Below, piece after piece: positions 1 through 12,877 of a stretch of 64,000 bases of DNA; position 1 is the stretch's first letter; every line of letters starts with the position of its first letter. The notes under the pieces were generated by a model. The model was not told the origin of the DNA and made no database searches. It worked only from the letters and a program-made list of their open reading frames with translations. Origin of the DNA: Vitrella brassicaformis CCMP3155. Taxonomy: Eukaryota; Protista; Chromerida. A program made the position numbers and the translations under genes. The stretch spans positions 63,975 to 127,974 of the forward strand of contig CDMY01000304.1 in assembly GCA_001179505.1 (NCBI GenBank), in the 5' to 3' direction.

Positions 1-2582
1 TGGCCGCCATGGCATACAGGGTGTGCTTGAGGAGGCCCGGCAGCTGGTGGCTCAGTGCCAGAAGGCCGTGGAGGAGGCCGGCATCGACGCGCAGGACGAA
101 GCCGCCGAAGACAAAACCGTGAGCACACCAACTCACCCATCCACACATCAATAGACGTCCTTCTTTCCCCGTCAATCAGGGCGGCGGCAAGTCAGCGACG
201 ATAGAGCTGGACGGCAAGCCCCAGAAGGCCGACGAGCTCATCACCAACCAGCGGCATCTCAAGGCCCTCAAGTACGCCCTCGCCCGGCAGAATCCCGAGG
301 TGCCCGTCGACCGCCTCCACAAGCTGCCGGGCAGCGATCCGGGCAATGGCGGCGAGTACCTGCGATTCGCCCTGCCGGAGGACATCAAGGCCGAGTGCAA
401 AGTGCCTGATGGGGTGAGCTGAGCAGACGGAGGAAGAGAGAGAGAGGGAATGCAGAGGGAATGCAGATGGACATAAACTCGTGTTTCTGGCGCGTGTGTG
501 TGTGTGTGAAGTGGAAGACGATCCCGTGGACATACGAGACAGACGAGGCTGTCCTCAAGGGCGTATACATCTACGGAATGGGCAGCTGGGCGGTAAGCAA
601 CCACCACAACTTACCACAGCACACCACAACACAACACATCAGACCACGACACACAACGTAACCAACCTCTCCTCCGATGTGCTCTCTCTGCCTCCGGCCG
701 CTCTCAGACCATCAGCAACGACCCCCTGCTGGCCGTCCCCAAGCACGAGCACCGACCCGACCGCATCAGGAAGCGCATGCAGCGCATGATGCAGCGACTC
801 GCAGACGCCGACGGCGGCGGCAAGAAGACCTCCTCACCCTCCAGCAAGAAGAGACCCCCCAGGCGGCGCGACACCCGCCGTCGACGCGAGACCAAGGCCC
901 AGCGCGAAGAAAGGGAGCTGCGCGAGAGGGCCGAGGAGGTGGCCGCTGCGGCGGCGGCAGCTGAGATGGAGCAGGTGCCATCGCAGGAGGAAGATGCACC
1001 TGTGCCTGTGGTGGCACGAGAGGAGGATATGGCGCGTGAGGAGGGGCCTGCGCGTGCACCTGAGGAGCCTTCTGCGACGGCAGCTGCGATGGAAGTGGAA
1101 GTGGAGCGGGCCGACGAGAGCAGGGCGGAGAGCAGAAGCCGGGGCGGTGGGAGTGCGGCGTCGGATGATGGCGAGGGCAGCAGCAAGAAGAAAGACAGAA
1201 AGATGAAGAAGAGAAAGCGCGATGAGGTGAGTGAGATACGTACGGGTCTCAGGAACGGGCAGCATCTCACTGTTTGTTTTGTGTTCCCGTCTATATGGGT
1301 GGCTTGACCAGGGTGGTGAGGATGGGGAGTCCAGGCGGTCGAAAAAGAAGCGCTCGACTGATCGTCCGCCTGAGGACATGCCAGCCTCCATCAGCTGCGA
1401 TGCCATGAGCGACAAAGACCTCAAGGAGGCCTGCAAGTACGATCCCACTCACAGCGGCACGTTCACAGCTGGCATGCTCTCATCGTCTGGGTGGGGTCGT
1501 GCATGGGTGTGTGTGTTTTTGTAGGGCTTACCTGCGGCCCAAGAAGTGGGTACTTGAGGCCATTCGTGAACTGAGCAACCCCGGGGTTGCCAACAACGAG
1601 GCGCACGTCATCACCAAGATGCGCACGTACCTGCCCGACGTCGGAGAGGTACACACACACACACACACACACATACAGACACACAAACCGGCAGCACAGC
1701 ACACCCATGCTCGCATCATGGCATGGTGCTGTCCGTGTTGCCTGTTGTGTTCCTCAGTATGTGGATCGGATCGTGTCTGCCGGTGCTGACGCCAAGAGCA
1801 GAGAGAGGCTGCAAGAGACCTGCTGGAAACACGTCTCAAAGTGAGGGAGAGGCAGGGAGAGAGAGGCATGTGCTTTGCTGTCAACTCGTGTGCGCAGGTT
1901 CACTGCCAAGGGCTCGAGCGGCTGGCAGGACATCATCCGGACATACCAGCGTCTCAAGGCCTCTCTCTCGCCCCCCACGCACAGCAGGCCTCCGGCCTCG
2001 CAGCCCAGCCCAGCACCCGCCCCACCCTCCCAGCCCACCACACACCCCAAGCCGGCCACTGAGCCTTTCCAATACGTGCCCGTCAAGGATGGACCACGCA
2101 GTGGAGATCAGAAGGGGCCCACTCTCAACGGTGACGCGTCGCCTAGATCGGTCGACCCTGAGGCGGCCCCTCGGCCACCGCCGCGTGTGAGTGCGAAGCC
2201 CGAGCACCCCGATCGCAAGGCGGTGGTTGTCAAGCAGCCAGTGCTTGATGAGGCCGATGCTGGTGCTGGAGTGGGCGTCTCCGTCAAGCAGGAGAGAGTG
2301 CCAGAGGAGGGGGAGCTTGGCCCCACACCACGGCTGGACGAGCGACAGAGGGATAGGGAGAGGGAGAGGTCACGCTCACGCTCACGCTCGCGAGACTGTG
2401 GGAGGCATCATCATCGGCAATCGCACGACGAGGAGGATGAGGAGCTCGACCAGCGATTCGAGAGGCGCCGCAAGACACGCCGGTCGCCATCACCATCACC
2501 ACACAGCAGAGAGCCCGAGTCGATTGACTTGAGGATTAGTGGGGCGTCTATAGGTCAGCAACAGCCCCAGTACGGCAGCTAG
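1..2582 (+). CDS. CHD1: 3' part of a CHD1-like chromatin remodeler (SLIDE-like region, CHCT/DUF4208-like helical domain, low-complexity RS/RE tail); multi-exon, 5' end outside window
   Basis: Spliced translation gives WTYETDEAVLKGVYIYGMGSWA|TISNDPLL...RIRKRMQRMMQRL, resembling the CHD1 SLIDE motif (W..DD..LL.G.Y..G.GSW..I..DP.L). It also gives ACK|AYLRPKKWVLEAIREL...LPDVGE|YVDRIV...CWKHVSK|FTAK...IIRTYQRLK, resembling the CHD1 C-terminal helical domain (LW.FVSKFT). Stop TAG at 2580-2582. Confidence 0.8.
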
Positions 2583-2825
2583 ACAGGGGAAAGAGAGGGC
2601 TACTGTGAGTGAGTTAGTCTTACTGTGAGTGATGAAGTGGGGCGATTGTTAGTGAATGCATTAGATGGGGGCGGGACTCTGGGGGGAGGAGGGGGGGCCA
2701 ATTCATCATTCTCCATTCTGCGTTTTTGAGCTTCTGGTCCAGCGGCTTCCGACACACTAGCCCTTGCTTAGCTTGTTGCTGTTGGTGGTGGTGGCTGCGT
2801 ATCGCTCTGATGAGTAGCCTCACGT

Positions 2826-3011
2826 CAGTCTTCGCAGTTTGACGCAAGCGGACTGTCCTCGAGGTTGCTCAGCTCAACTCGTGCCGGCCGTGATTCACAC
2901 ACAAATGAACCGAGGTGGACACCACATCGATTCCCAGCTGTGTCTGCTGAATGCAATGCGTGACTCCTTCCTTGCCTGATCGCAGGTATCGTAACCCTTT
3001 GCCTTGCCGCA
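2826..3011. repeat. ~186 bp direct repeat, copy 1 (copy 2 at 5415-5601)
   Basis: cagtcttcgcagtttgacgcaagcggactgtcctcgaggttg...gccttgccgca occurs near-identically at both places. A second shared block (tagcaagtggcagcatagagagacatgag...ggtaggcga) lies at ~3259-3340 and ~5710-5790. Confidence 0.9.
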
Positions 3012-3361
3012 ATCATCAACCAACACGCGCTTGCTTGATTGTCTGTCTGTCTGGAACGTGCAGCAAGATGTTCTGTTCCACACCTCAAAAACGCACCTCA
3101 GGAAAAGAGGGGGAAAAAAAGAGGAAAAAAAAGAAAGAAAAGGAAAAAAAAAGAAGAAAACACACACACAAACACATCCGACCCTCAGTGTGCCTTCCTT
3201 TTCTTGTGCTTGTCCTCGGTTGCTCGCTCCTCGTTGTTGCCCTTGTAGACGAAATCCTGTAGCAAGTGGCAGCATAGAGAGACATGAGAATAGAGAGTGT
3301 CGCTGCTATCATGCTCGAAAAATTGGTGTGGTAGGCGAGAGCCACAGGTATGTATCTTCAG

Positions 3362-3560
3362 CAGCAGCTGATGGATGGATGGATGCCGTGATGTGATGCC
3401 GTCTCCCTCATTCCCTCGTTGTCCATCTCGAATAGCTGACATAGCCATCGGCACGAGGAGGATCTTCAGTCAGCAGCTGATGGATGCATGAATGGATGAT
3501 GCCGTCCGTGATGTGATGATGCCGTCTCCCTCCCTCGTTGTCCATCTCGAATAGCTGACA
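3362..3560. repeat. Local ~110 bp tandem duplication
   Basis: cagcagctgatggatg...gccgtctccctc...cctcgttgtccatctcgaatagctgaca appears twice in succession. Confidence 0.8.
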
Positions 3561-5414
3561 GGTTCACCTAGTCCTGCGAGCTCAGGATGCATGCGTGCAG
3601 GCGAGATGAGACGTCTCGCTTGCCGCCCCCAGCCTTTCAGCTTCTTTCAGCCCTTTTTCCGAAAGAGCCCATCGCTGATGCTTCTCCACATCCCTTTCCA
3701 CACCCCTACGGCGTCCTTTTCGCATCCGGCGCTGACCATTCCCATCAGCTTCAACGCCGCAGGAGGCACCGCAGGAGGGATTCCGAGGGCAGGAGGTGCA
3801 GACAGGAGGATGGGCAGCCGAGGGCTGCAGCCCCCGAGACCAAGAAGGGTGAGATATGAAGGAGGAGGCACGGAGAGCCAAGGGGAGGGCGGGGGAGGGC
3901 GGGGGGAGGCTGAAGGCATTTTGTGGTGGATGCTTGTGTTGGATGGATAGATGGATGGGTGGGCTGGTGGGTGGACGGATGCATCTGCATGGGATGTGCG
4001 TGTATGCAGATGCATCGTGTATGCAGATGCTGCATGGATTGGATGCGTCCGAAGATGCACGATATGGACGCATTCTCGGTGTGTATGTGCCCTGTGGACA
4101 CTCCATGTATGCATTTGCAATGAAATCTTCGAAAAATGACCATCAGACAGAAAATGAATTCCTTGCACATTTCGGGCGGTTTCTGTGCGGCCCTTTAATC
4201 AGCGAATGTCGGCGCACAGAAATCACGGTTTCTGTGCGCGTGCCAGAGGGGTGAGAGTGACGCTCGCCGCCATGGATTCTCCATTGGACAGATTCATCGT
4301 ACATTTGGAGTCGCTGCATGTTGATTTCACGACTTCCCATGTATCCTGTCATCCATCCATGCGCCTCGGCTGGCAAAAGAGCAAAGATACACAAGTCAAC
4401 AAGGCACCAGCGGTCGTCCATGCATCAGCCGCCGGCTACAGAAAGAAGCTATTCAATCGAATCCCCCACGCCTAAGACGGCCAAAGACAGTGCAGACATA
4501 GAAAGACAGTCCGACAGACAGGTAGGCAATGACAAAGAAGCAGCTACAGAGAAGAAAGACAGAGCTGCCGCTGCAGCCCGCTGCAGCCCGCCTTCGTTGT
4601 CATTTGGCTGCAGCCAAAGAGCTGCAGCCAAAGAGCTTCGGTTTTCCTGGCCAACCAAAGAGCTGCAACTCTCCTGCTGCCGAGAAAGAATACGCAGCTG
4701 CTGCCGAGCAAGAGTGAGAGTACGCCCTCCATGCAGTCCCAGCCAAACGCCTACTGCATGGAGGACAGAAAGACAGAGAGACGGACAGAAAGACAGAGAA
4801 GTACGAAGACGTCTTGAAAGGCCTCTCACCCGCTTGCCTTCGGAACCCACCCATCGACGAAACGAATCGATGTATCCAACCTTCGTCGGTCACCTTGACC
4901 TTTCGCTTGAGGATAATCATGTGAAAGTCGACTTCGGCTACCCCTGGTGGGCGTGCATATGACCGCGGGATCCGGGTGAGGGAGTATTAAGAGTAGCACA
5001 GGACCTGGGGAGAGGCCAACGGGGTTTCGGTGAGGGCTGTGTTGCGTGTGTTTTTTGAGAGTGAGTGAGGGGGGAGGGGGGTCGGTGTCTGTGTGTGGGT
5101 GTGTCGTGTGTTTGGGTGGGTGGTACCTGCATACGTGTTGGTTGTGGTTTCAGGAGCAGGCCGCCTGGATGGACGTCTGCTGCAAGGAAGCTGCATGAAT
5201 GAGAAAGGGAGAGAGGCGACGAAATGAAGCGCTTCCTTCGCCAGTGGATCTGCGTGTTACCTGCCGGGCGAGGCGTGTGGTTTTGGGGCGGAGATCTGTC
5301 TTCTGCAGCGACCTCTGCAAGCTAAGCTCGCGATCCGCTGAGATCTTCCCCAAGCAGACCGACAGAGAGATCCACAGGCTTCCCTCTTTTCTCTGTTCGT
5401 GTGTCTGTGTCCTT

Positions 5415-5601
5415 CAGTCTTCGCAGTTTGACGCAAGCGGACTGTCCTCGAGGTTGCTCAGCTCAAACTCGTGCCGGCCGTGATGCACACACAAATAGAC
5501 CGAGGTGGACACCACATCCATTCCCAGCTGTGTCTGCTTAATGCAATGCGTGACTCCTTCCTTGCCTGATCGCAGGTATCGTAATCCTTTGCCTTGCCGC
5601 A
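5415..5601. repeat. ~186 bp direct repeat, copy 2
   Basis: Near-identical to 2826-3011. Confidence 0.9.
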
Positions 5602-6399
5602 GTCATATCATGATTCTCTTTTTTCTCCCTTACTTACGTACCTGTGGGGCCGTCGGGAAATGCGATCCATGCACAGCAGCAGGACGACGAGAGCTTCATC
5701 GATATACTTGTAGCAAGTGGCAGCATAGAGAGACATGAGCATAGACAGTGTTGCTGCTATCATGCTCGAAAAATTGGTGTGGTAGGCGAAAGGTGAGTCT
5801 GTCGAATATAAAATGAAGACAACAGTTCCTGACAGACTCACCTGACACCATACAATGGAAGGCGATAGATATCGGCCAAGATATAAAATCTACGCAGCGA
5901 TACTCCCTGCACACAACAAGTGGAAGAAAGAAGAATGCGCACATCCCTCATGCTGAGATGCCGCCTGCCGCAACGAGCTCGAGGAGGCTGTCCACTACCT
6001 CAAAATGGGATGTAGGGCTAACCAACACACACACACACACACCGATGGAAAGGACAAATCGGTCCATCATATGGCTCTTTGCTCCGGCGTACAAGACAAA
6101 CCTGTGCAGCTCATCATGTGGTTGATTCGTTTGGACCGCACCCCCTAGCACTCACACACACAACACAAACAGGTATGTGGGCAGGTCATCGACTAAAAGA
6201 CATCAACAGAGCGGCGTAGCCCAAAGCATGGATCCATCTCCACCCACTAAGCAGGATCACTCACTCACCTGACAGGTACTTGACCTCGTCATCAGGGTGC
6301 TCCTCTAACGCCGCTGAAGGCATCCCACACTAACCACGGTGTACAGTACACGGTGGTGGCGGCCGTGATGTGTCGGCGATGAACTTGAGTGTGATGGAC

Positions 6400-7150
6400 C
6401 TACTGAAAAGCAAAGGAGAGGGCCACACCATGGAATGCCGTGCGGATGCTATTCGTCAGTGTGGCAGCATTGGTGGCAGCCAACTGTGAGGCGTACTTGA
6501 GCTCTTGGGTTGACCTGCCTAGTGGCTGAAGGTGCAATCCTGACAACACTTGAAGCTTGTCCAGCAGGTTCTTGTTGTCGTCATTTACGGCCGTCAGCTC
6601 CTGCGCACACACCACACGGCATCCAGATTGGCATGTTTTTAGGTCGATGATCTTACCTTGTTGATCTCAGACTTTTCCCGGCACACACGCAACAGCTCCT
6701 GAAAGACAGGGCAGCAGAGGTTGTTGGCAGCCATTAGCCCGCCTTCCCTCTCCCCTACCTGCTCAAGTATCTTCTCCTTTCTGGCCCACTCGTCCCGCTC
6801 GGCGCGCAACTTGTCCTTAAGGAGACGAATCATCTCCTGAGAGTCGAAGCAAAGATGGGAACACACAGATGCTTACCCACATCCTGTCAGGCAGGCGTAC
6901 CTTATCGCTGCCTCCATCTGGCAGCGTCATCAACGCTGTGAGTGGAGGCCGTGGGCTGGCCAGTGGGGTAGCGGGTCAGATTGAGGAGGCGTCTCTCGGG
7001 GGCTTCAGACGAAAGAGAAGAGACATGAGCAAATCTTGATTATCACCTCTTTTGTGTCTCCCTCACTTACGTACCTGTGGGGCCGCCGGGGGCAGGCGTG
7101 GATGATTTAGTAGGCAGGCGCATCGGAGATGTAAGATGGACACGGCGATC
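6400..7150 (-). pseudogene. Coiled-coil gene fragment; probable pseudogene or 3' end of a degenerate gene
   Basis: Exons bounded by GT-AG translate as EMIRLLKDKLRAERDEWARKEKILEQ|ELLRVCREKSEINK|ELTAVNDDNKNLLDKLQ...FAFQ*. The upstream exon (~6903-7003) has a stop in every frame. Confidence 0.45.
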
Positions 7151-10100
7151 CATCTGCACACAGACACGAGACACGTACACACGACTTGATGAGCATAGTA
7201 TACTTCGACAGCTCACTTTTGATGTGCGTGGCGGGACAATGCAGTGCGGTGGAATGGGTTGTCATCGGCCGATCGAATATAAAATGTAGCCAGCGATCTG
7301 CGCACCACCCGTTCACAGAGAGAAGAGAACAGAAGACAAGTCTTTTCGTGGTTGTGCCACTTCTCCTGGGACGGCACAGGTCAACACAAGAGACACGTGT
7401 CTACCGATGGATCGGCGTCCTTTGGCGGCGTACACACATGATGCGAAGCGGCGAAGGGGAAAATACGCCGATCGAATATAAAATGTAAGCAGCGATGGAC
7501 CGCCTGTAGACAAACAGGCCGGTGGGCATACAGACGAACTCGTCGGCCTGCTTTGCTCACCTACTGCGTGGCGTTGGCGGCGTCACACAGCGTGAAAGCA
7601 CACGAGTGAATGAGTGGATGTGTGTGTCCATCTGCCTACTTTCTTCGGTGCCTTCTTGGTGGGCTTCGTCGGCTCCAACTTGGCTGTCAGCAGGGGGGCC
7701 GTGACATTGGGGGCCTCGATGATTCAGAAGGGATTCTGCACACACACAGACATCCATGTCGGGCATTTAAGGGTGTGCGTGTATGTGCGGGTATCTTTGT
7801 GTGGGTGTCTGGTCTTTGCGTACGGGGTTCGGCTTGGCTGCGGCAAGTTTCGCGAGGAAATCAGGGCACTGCAGATACCCATGGCCGGCGCACCCGCACC
7901 AGAAACACACCTGCTGCATACACATTGATATGCGCACACAGAGAGATACGCAGACAATGTGGTGGCTGGATGGATGCGTACGTGTGTGCTGCCTGCGCAC
8001 CTTGAAGTTGAACTTGACCCTGGTCGTGGGTACACTTCTGCACACACACGCAGAGGCGTGCATACGTCGATGCTTCACAGTAGCGAATCATCAGGCTTGT
8101 GTGTGTGTGAACTTTACGTCCGTCGTGGACGGACGCACATCCTCCTTGGACCCCAGCTCAACCTCAACGCCCTGGAATCATGAGACACACACGCACACAC
8201 ACACACACACACATTGATGGGCAGCCATGGAAGCATCTGTGTACGTGTTGCTCGTCTTGGTGCCGGTGGGGGTGCCGGGCTCCTTAACCTTCTTGGAGAG
8301 GTTGTCCCACACTGTCTTGCCCTTGTTCGGCATCGTGGAGCAGGGGACTCCGAAGTCCTGTGAGCAGCTCACACGCACACAGATAATTACAGGCCTGCAG
8401 GCACGTGTTGATCAGTAAACAGCTCACCTTCGATGTGCAAACGGCCAGCAAGGCAGTGCGGTCCAAAGTCGTCATGAGTCCATCGAAAATGAAATGTAGC
8501 CAGCGATCTGCACACCACCCACACAAAGCGAAGAGAAAACAAAGTGTTTCTTTACGTATTGTACAATCATCCACCCAACCACCCCCTCACCAGCAGCACC
8601 GCCACAGTTGGTCAGTCAGTCTGGGTGCACGTGGTGGCCGCGGAAAGTGCCAGATCCCCCGGCAGTTGATACAGCGGTTGCACCAGTGCACGGGATCCTC
8701 CTCCTCAGCTGGTGTCTCGTAATGGTAGCTGAAACGCATGCCTGCAGACAGACAAACAAACACGGAGACATCACGCATTAGCGCATGCGATGCATCTGTC
8801 TGGACTGCTCGACTGCCTGCACCCTACCTGTGTCGCCGAGTGGAATCCGAAAGAAATTGCGACGGCCGTGGTCGTGCTTGCGGAGGTGCTGGTGGTAGTT
8901 GCGGCCCAGCACCAGCAGGGACCGAATCGACCTGCACACACGACACACCCACACACAGACGCTGGCCATGTTGTGAGTGGGTGAGTGGATGTGTGTGGAA
9001 GGATACCGTTTGCGTCGCAGTCGTCTGAAACACAAATCCACAGACACAAATGCATGATTGAAGCCGTCATTCCTCTCATGCTTACCTTGACTGTTGGCTT
9101 CTTCAAGTTGGCAGCTGATTGTTGTCTTCCCTGGCAGCCGTCAACTCCGATTCCGGAGTTCTCGCGGCATGAGTGAATGAGTGGATGTGTGTGCCCGTCT
9201 GCGTACCTTCTTCCGTGCCTTGAGCTTGAGGTTGACGATGCCCTTCGCGGTAATGATTCAGAAGGGATTCTGCACACACAGACAGATAGCCATGTCCGGC
9301 ATTTAAGGGTGTGTGCGTCGGTGTGTGTATGTGTGGATGCCCGATCTTTGCGCACCTCGCCTTCGGCTGCGGCGAGGTCCTTCATCATGGCATCGTGGTG
9401 GTTGTTGGTGCACACCTGCACACACAGGGATAGACGTACGTCGATGTATCACAGCAGCAAATCATCAGACTTCTCTGTGTGAGCTTTACCTTGGTCGACT
9501 CAACGCGCTGGAATCATCAGAGACAAACACACATACACACAGAACCACATACACACATTGATGGGCAGCCATGCAGGCATCTATGCTGGCGAGTGTTGCT
9601 GTGCGTACCTTGGTGGTGGCGGTTGTCTTTGAAGGCTTGCTCTTGGGGGGGCCGTTAGTCCACTTCCCCTTGTCTGTTGGTCTCGGGTGTGTCACTTCTG
9701 CAGACCTCGTCGGCCGGCGTGAAGTCCTTCAGGCTGTCCTGGGAGCCTGGCTGGAGAGGGTACTCCCGTCAGACACACACAGCCACAATTCATCAGACAT
9801 CCATTCGTCAATTGTCTGTGTGTCGTACTCACATTCTTATCGAACTGAGAAACCTGTGATCAGAGCACACACACACACAGACACACACAGACAGACAGAC
9901 AGACAGACAGACAGGGACAGGCATCTGTATGCGCGTGACTGCAAGTGTGTGTCACTCTGCGCACCGTGTCGTTGGTGTCAGTGCTGGTGGTGGTGCTGCC
10001 CGTCGGCGTGCGAGGCTCCTCGCTGACAACCTGCGAAAGATCAAGACCGCAGGAACGGCTCTCGACATGGCTCCTCCTTCCCTGTTCTTCCCTCATCACC

Positions 10101-10400
10101 CTCCCTCGCTTTGCATACCTTCACGACTTCACGCCACTCCTGCTTAGGTGGTGGCTGCTGGCGACCACGAGCACGACTACGAGCACGACCACGACCACGA
10201 GGACGACCACGAGGACGACCACCCATCGCGGACGGAGAGCTGCAGGATCCAGCCAGGAACCGACAAGGGTCTCCACATGAATGAATGGATGTCATATTCG
10301 GGGGTTATCAGTCCGCCGAAGCGGCCAAATGTGCGAAAGCAAATAGAGGAGACATGAGCGAATATGTCTTCTTACTTATACGTACCTGAGTGGCCTTCCA
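7070..10400 (-). pseudogene. Array of decayed paralogous exon-intron modules
   Basis: 7610-8230 aligns with 9170-9600, including the shared gattcagaagggattctgcacac and cacattgatgggcagccatg. The motif (g)atcgaa(t/a)at(a/g)aaatgtagccagcgatctg recurs at ~7270, ~7465 and ~8480. Exon-like pieces contain stops and frameshifts. Confidence 0.5.
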
Positions 10401-10784
10401 CATAATGCTTGAGCAACGCTGCCATAAGACTTCTAAGGCAAAAGGGACAGATGTCAAGTGTTCGTCACGACTGGCGGCTGGCCTACTCAGAAGCTCCGCT
10501 TCTGTCTGAAGACACAGCTCGGTTTTCTGGTGAAGAAATCGGTGAGCGTTTCTGAATACGCGACTACCTTTATGGCTCCCATACGCATGCTTTCTTGTTG
10601 GTCAGGAGGCTGTCGTCGCTGGGAAAACTTCTCCGCCGGCTGCAAGACACAAATATGATTAGGGGAATCTCTAAAATTGTCTCTTTTTCTCGCTTTTTTT
10701 CGTCGGACCGAAGGATCGCCCATCTGAAAAGCAGCAGACAGGGAAGCTGACGTGCGCGTCAACACCAGACTCAATGAGGCAGTC

Positions 10785-12030
10785 ACCCACCTCACCAACC
10801 TTCAGAGAAATGCGTCGAGAAAATGAGACAGGAATGAGAAGAATAAACCACCAGCCCATCTGCACACACAGACATGACAAGGGGAGGCATCTGAGCACAC
10901 GCATGGCAACAAAATGCACCATGCATTCATCCCTACACATCATCCACACACCACACCATCACCACACCCAACAAACATAACACACGAGGCCACACTCACA
11001 TGTACTCACCTGTTGGAGGTCGGTTTGGGCAAAACGAAGGCGCGTGCGCACTCTGCAGGCGCCAGGGAGTCGCCAGCCGCTCAGCAGAAGGCAGGGCGCC
11101 ATCAAACAAGGCCTCGTCCGGGGCACGGCGGTGGAGGAAAAAAGTGGCGGATGACATCCGGACGAGTTGGAAGGAGTAGAGGGAGATGCGGCGGATAACA
11201 CAAGCTAACAACCAGACGAAAAGAACAACAAACGGAGGAGATGTGGCGAAACAAGGCTGCAAAGCCGAACTGGGACGGAAAATGTGAAGAATGTGGCCCG
11301 CAGTCTCGTAAATCATTCGTCTCCGTCTCACCTCACGAAAATCTCGCCGCGCTTGGATTTCGTTTTCTGCGGACGACAGAAGGCCATAGAGGCAGACAGG
11401 GAATCTCACGTGCACGTGAACATCAGACTGAGTGAGAAACTCAGCCACCTCACCAATCTTCAGAGAAATGTGTCGAGAACAAGAGACGGGAACAAGAAAA
11501 AAGCCACCCGTTCATCTGCACGCACAAACACGGCAACAGGAGGCATCTGAGCACACGCATGGCAACGGAATGTACCATGCATTCATCCCTACACATCATC
11601 CACACACCACACCATCACCGCACCCAACAAAGATAACACACGAGGCCACACTCATATGTACTCACCTGTTAGAGATCGGTTTGGGCGAAAAAAGGCGCGT
11701 GCGCACTCTGCAGGCGCCAGGGAGTCGCCAGCCGCTCCGCAGAAGGCAGGGCGCCAGCAAACGAGGCCTCGCCCTTGGCACGACGGTGAGGAAAAAAGTG
11801 GCGGATGACGTCCGGACGAGTTGGGACGGGTAGAGGGAGAGGCGGCGGACAACACAAGCCAACAACCACCCAAAAAGAAAGAGAAACGGAGGAGATGTGG
11901 CCGAAACAAGGCTGCAAAGCCGAACTGGGACAAAAATGTGAAAAACGGCCCGCAGTCTCGTAAATCATTCGTCTCCGTCTCAGCTCGCAAAAATCTCGCC
12001 GCGCTTGGATTTCGTTTTCTGCGGACGACA
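10785..12030. repeat. Tandem duplication, two diverged copies of ~655 bp
   Basis: 10785-~11400 aligns with ~11443-12030 (cacctcaccaa.cttcagagaaatg...ggacgacag.aggcca). Each copy contains a minus-strand exon with a cag|gtgag donor. Confidence 0.9.
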
Positions 12031-12877
12031 GGAGGCCATTAGAGGCAGAGAGAGGGAGAGAGGATTGCTGCTGCCGCAGATGAGGTCAGATCGCGTGAAA
12101 GCCGCTCACTTTGATGGAATTTTTTTCACTTTTCGGCTGGCCGGATGGCGGTCTGACGCCGAGATGCGCCTGTCTGGGTGCGGAGGTTCTTCAATTGCCC
12201 TCTAGTGGATCCTCAGCAAGGCTCAAAGCACTTGACCAGCCAGCCATTGTGGACCGGAACAGCTCGATTTCTTGTTGACCTTTGCAGAGCGATGAGTTCA
12301 CGTCATGGTTTGCGTGAGTGTGTGTATGGTGAGATGACCTTCACCTTCATCGGCACTGAGTGGATGCCTTCAAGCTTCATGGAATGACCTCGAAAATGGG
12401 ATCGCCTCACTGACATCAACAGCCCAGACACACATGCACCGATCCTGCCTCCTCACCACCTGGCACACAGCGATGGCATGGCCGGCACCAGGCAGATAGA
12501 TTAGCCACCAAAGCCACGACAAAAGAGCAGTGAGAGCAGTGACATCCACGCCCTTCTCTCCCTCATGTGACCACCCATATGCCCTGCACGAAAGATGACA
12601 TGTAAGTCAGTGAAGACTGGCTGCCGAGCCCCAGTTGTGTCTGTACCCATTGTCGTGAGGCTACAGTGGCTCAATCGATTGGGTAACATCGATCACAAGG
12701 CGCCAGGAAGAAGCCACACGGACCGACAGGCGCTCCCCATATTCGATAACAGATCACTCCCTCTTCACAAGGACTCCTGACACTCAGACAAGAGACAAAG
12801 CGGCCCCTGGCTATTCGACGAACGGGTCACGTGCGTGTTATGTTGCTTACGGGAGAGCAGCGACATCGGTGGCTTTC

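Noticed and set aside
4550-4700. Short ctgcagcc(aaagag) repeats
   Set aside because: Low-complexity local slippage repeats with no spacer structure or clear coding role.
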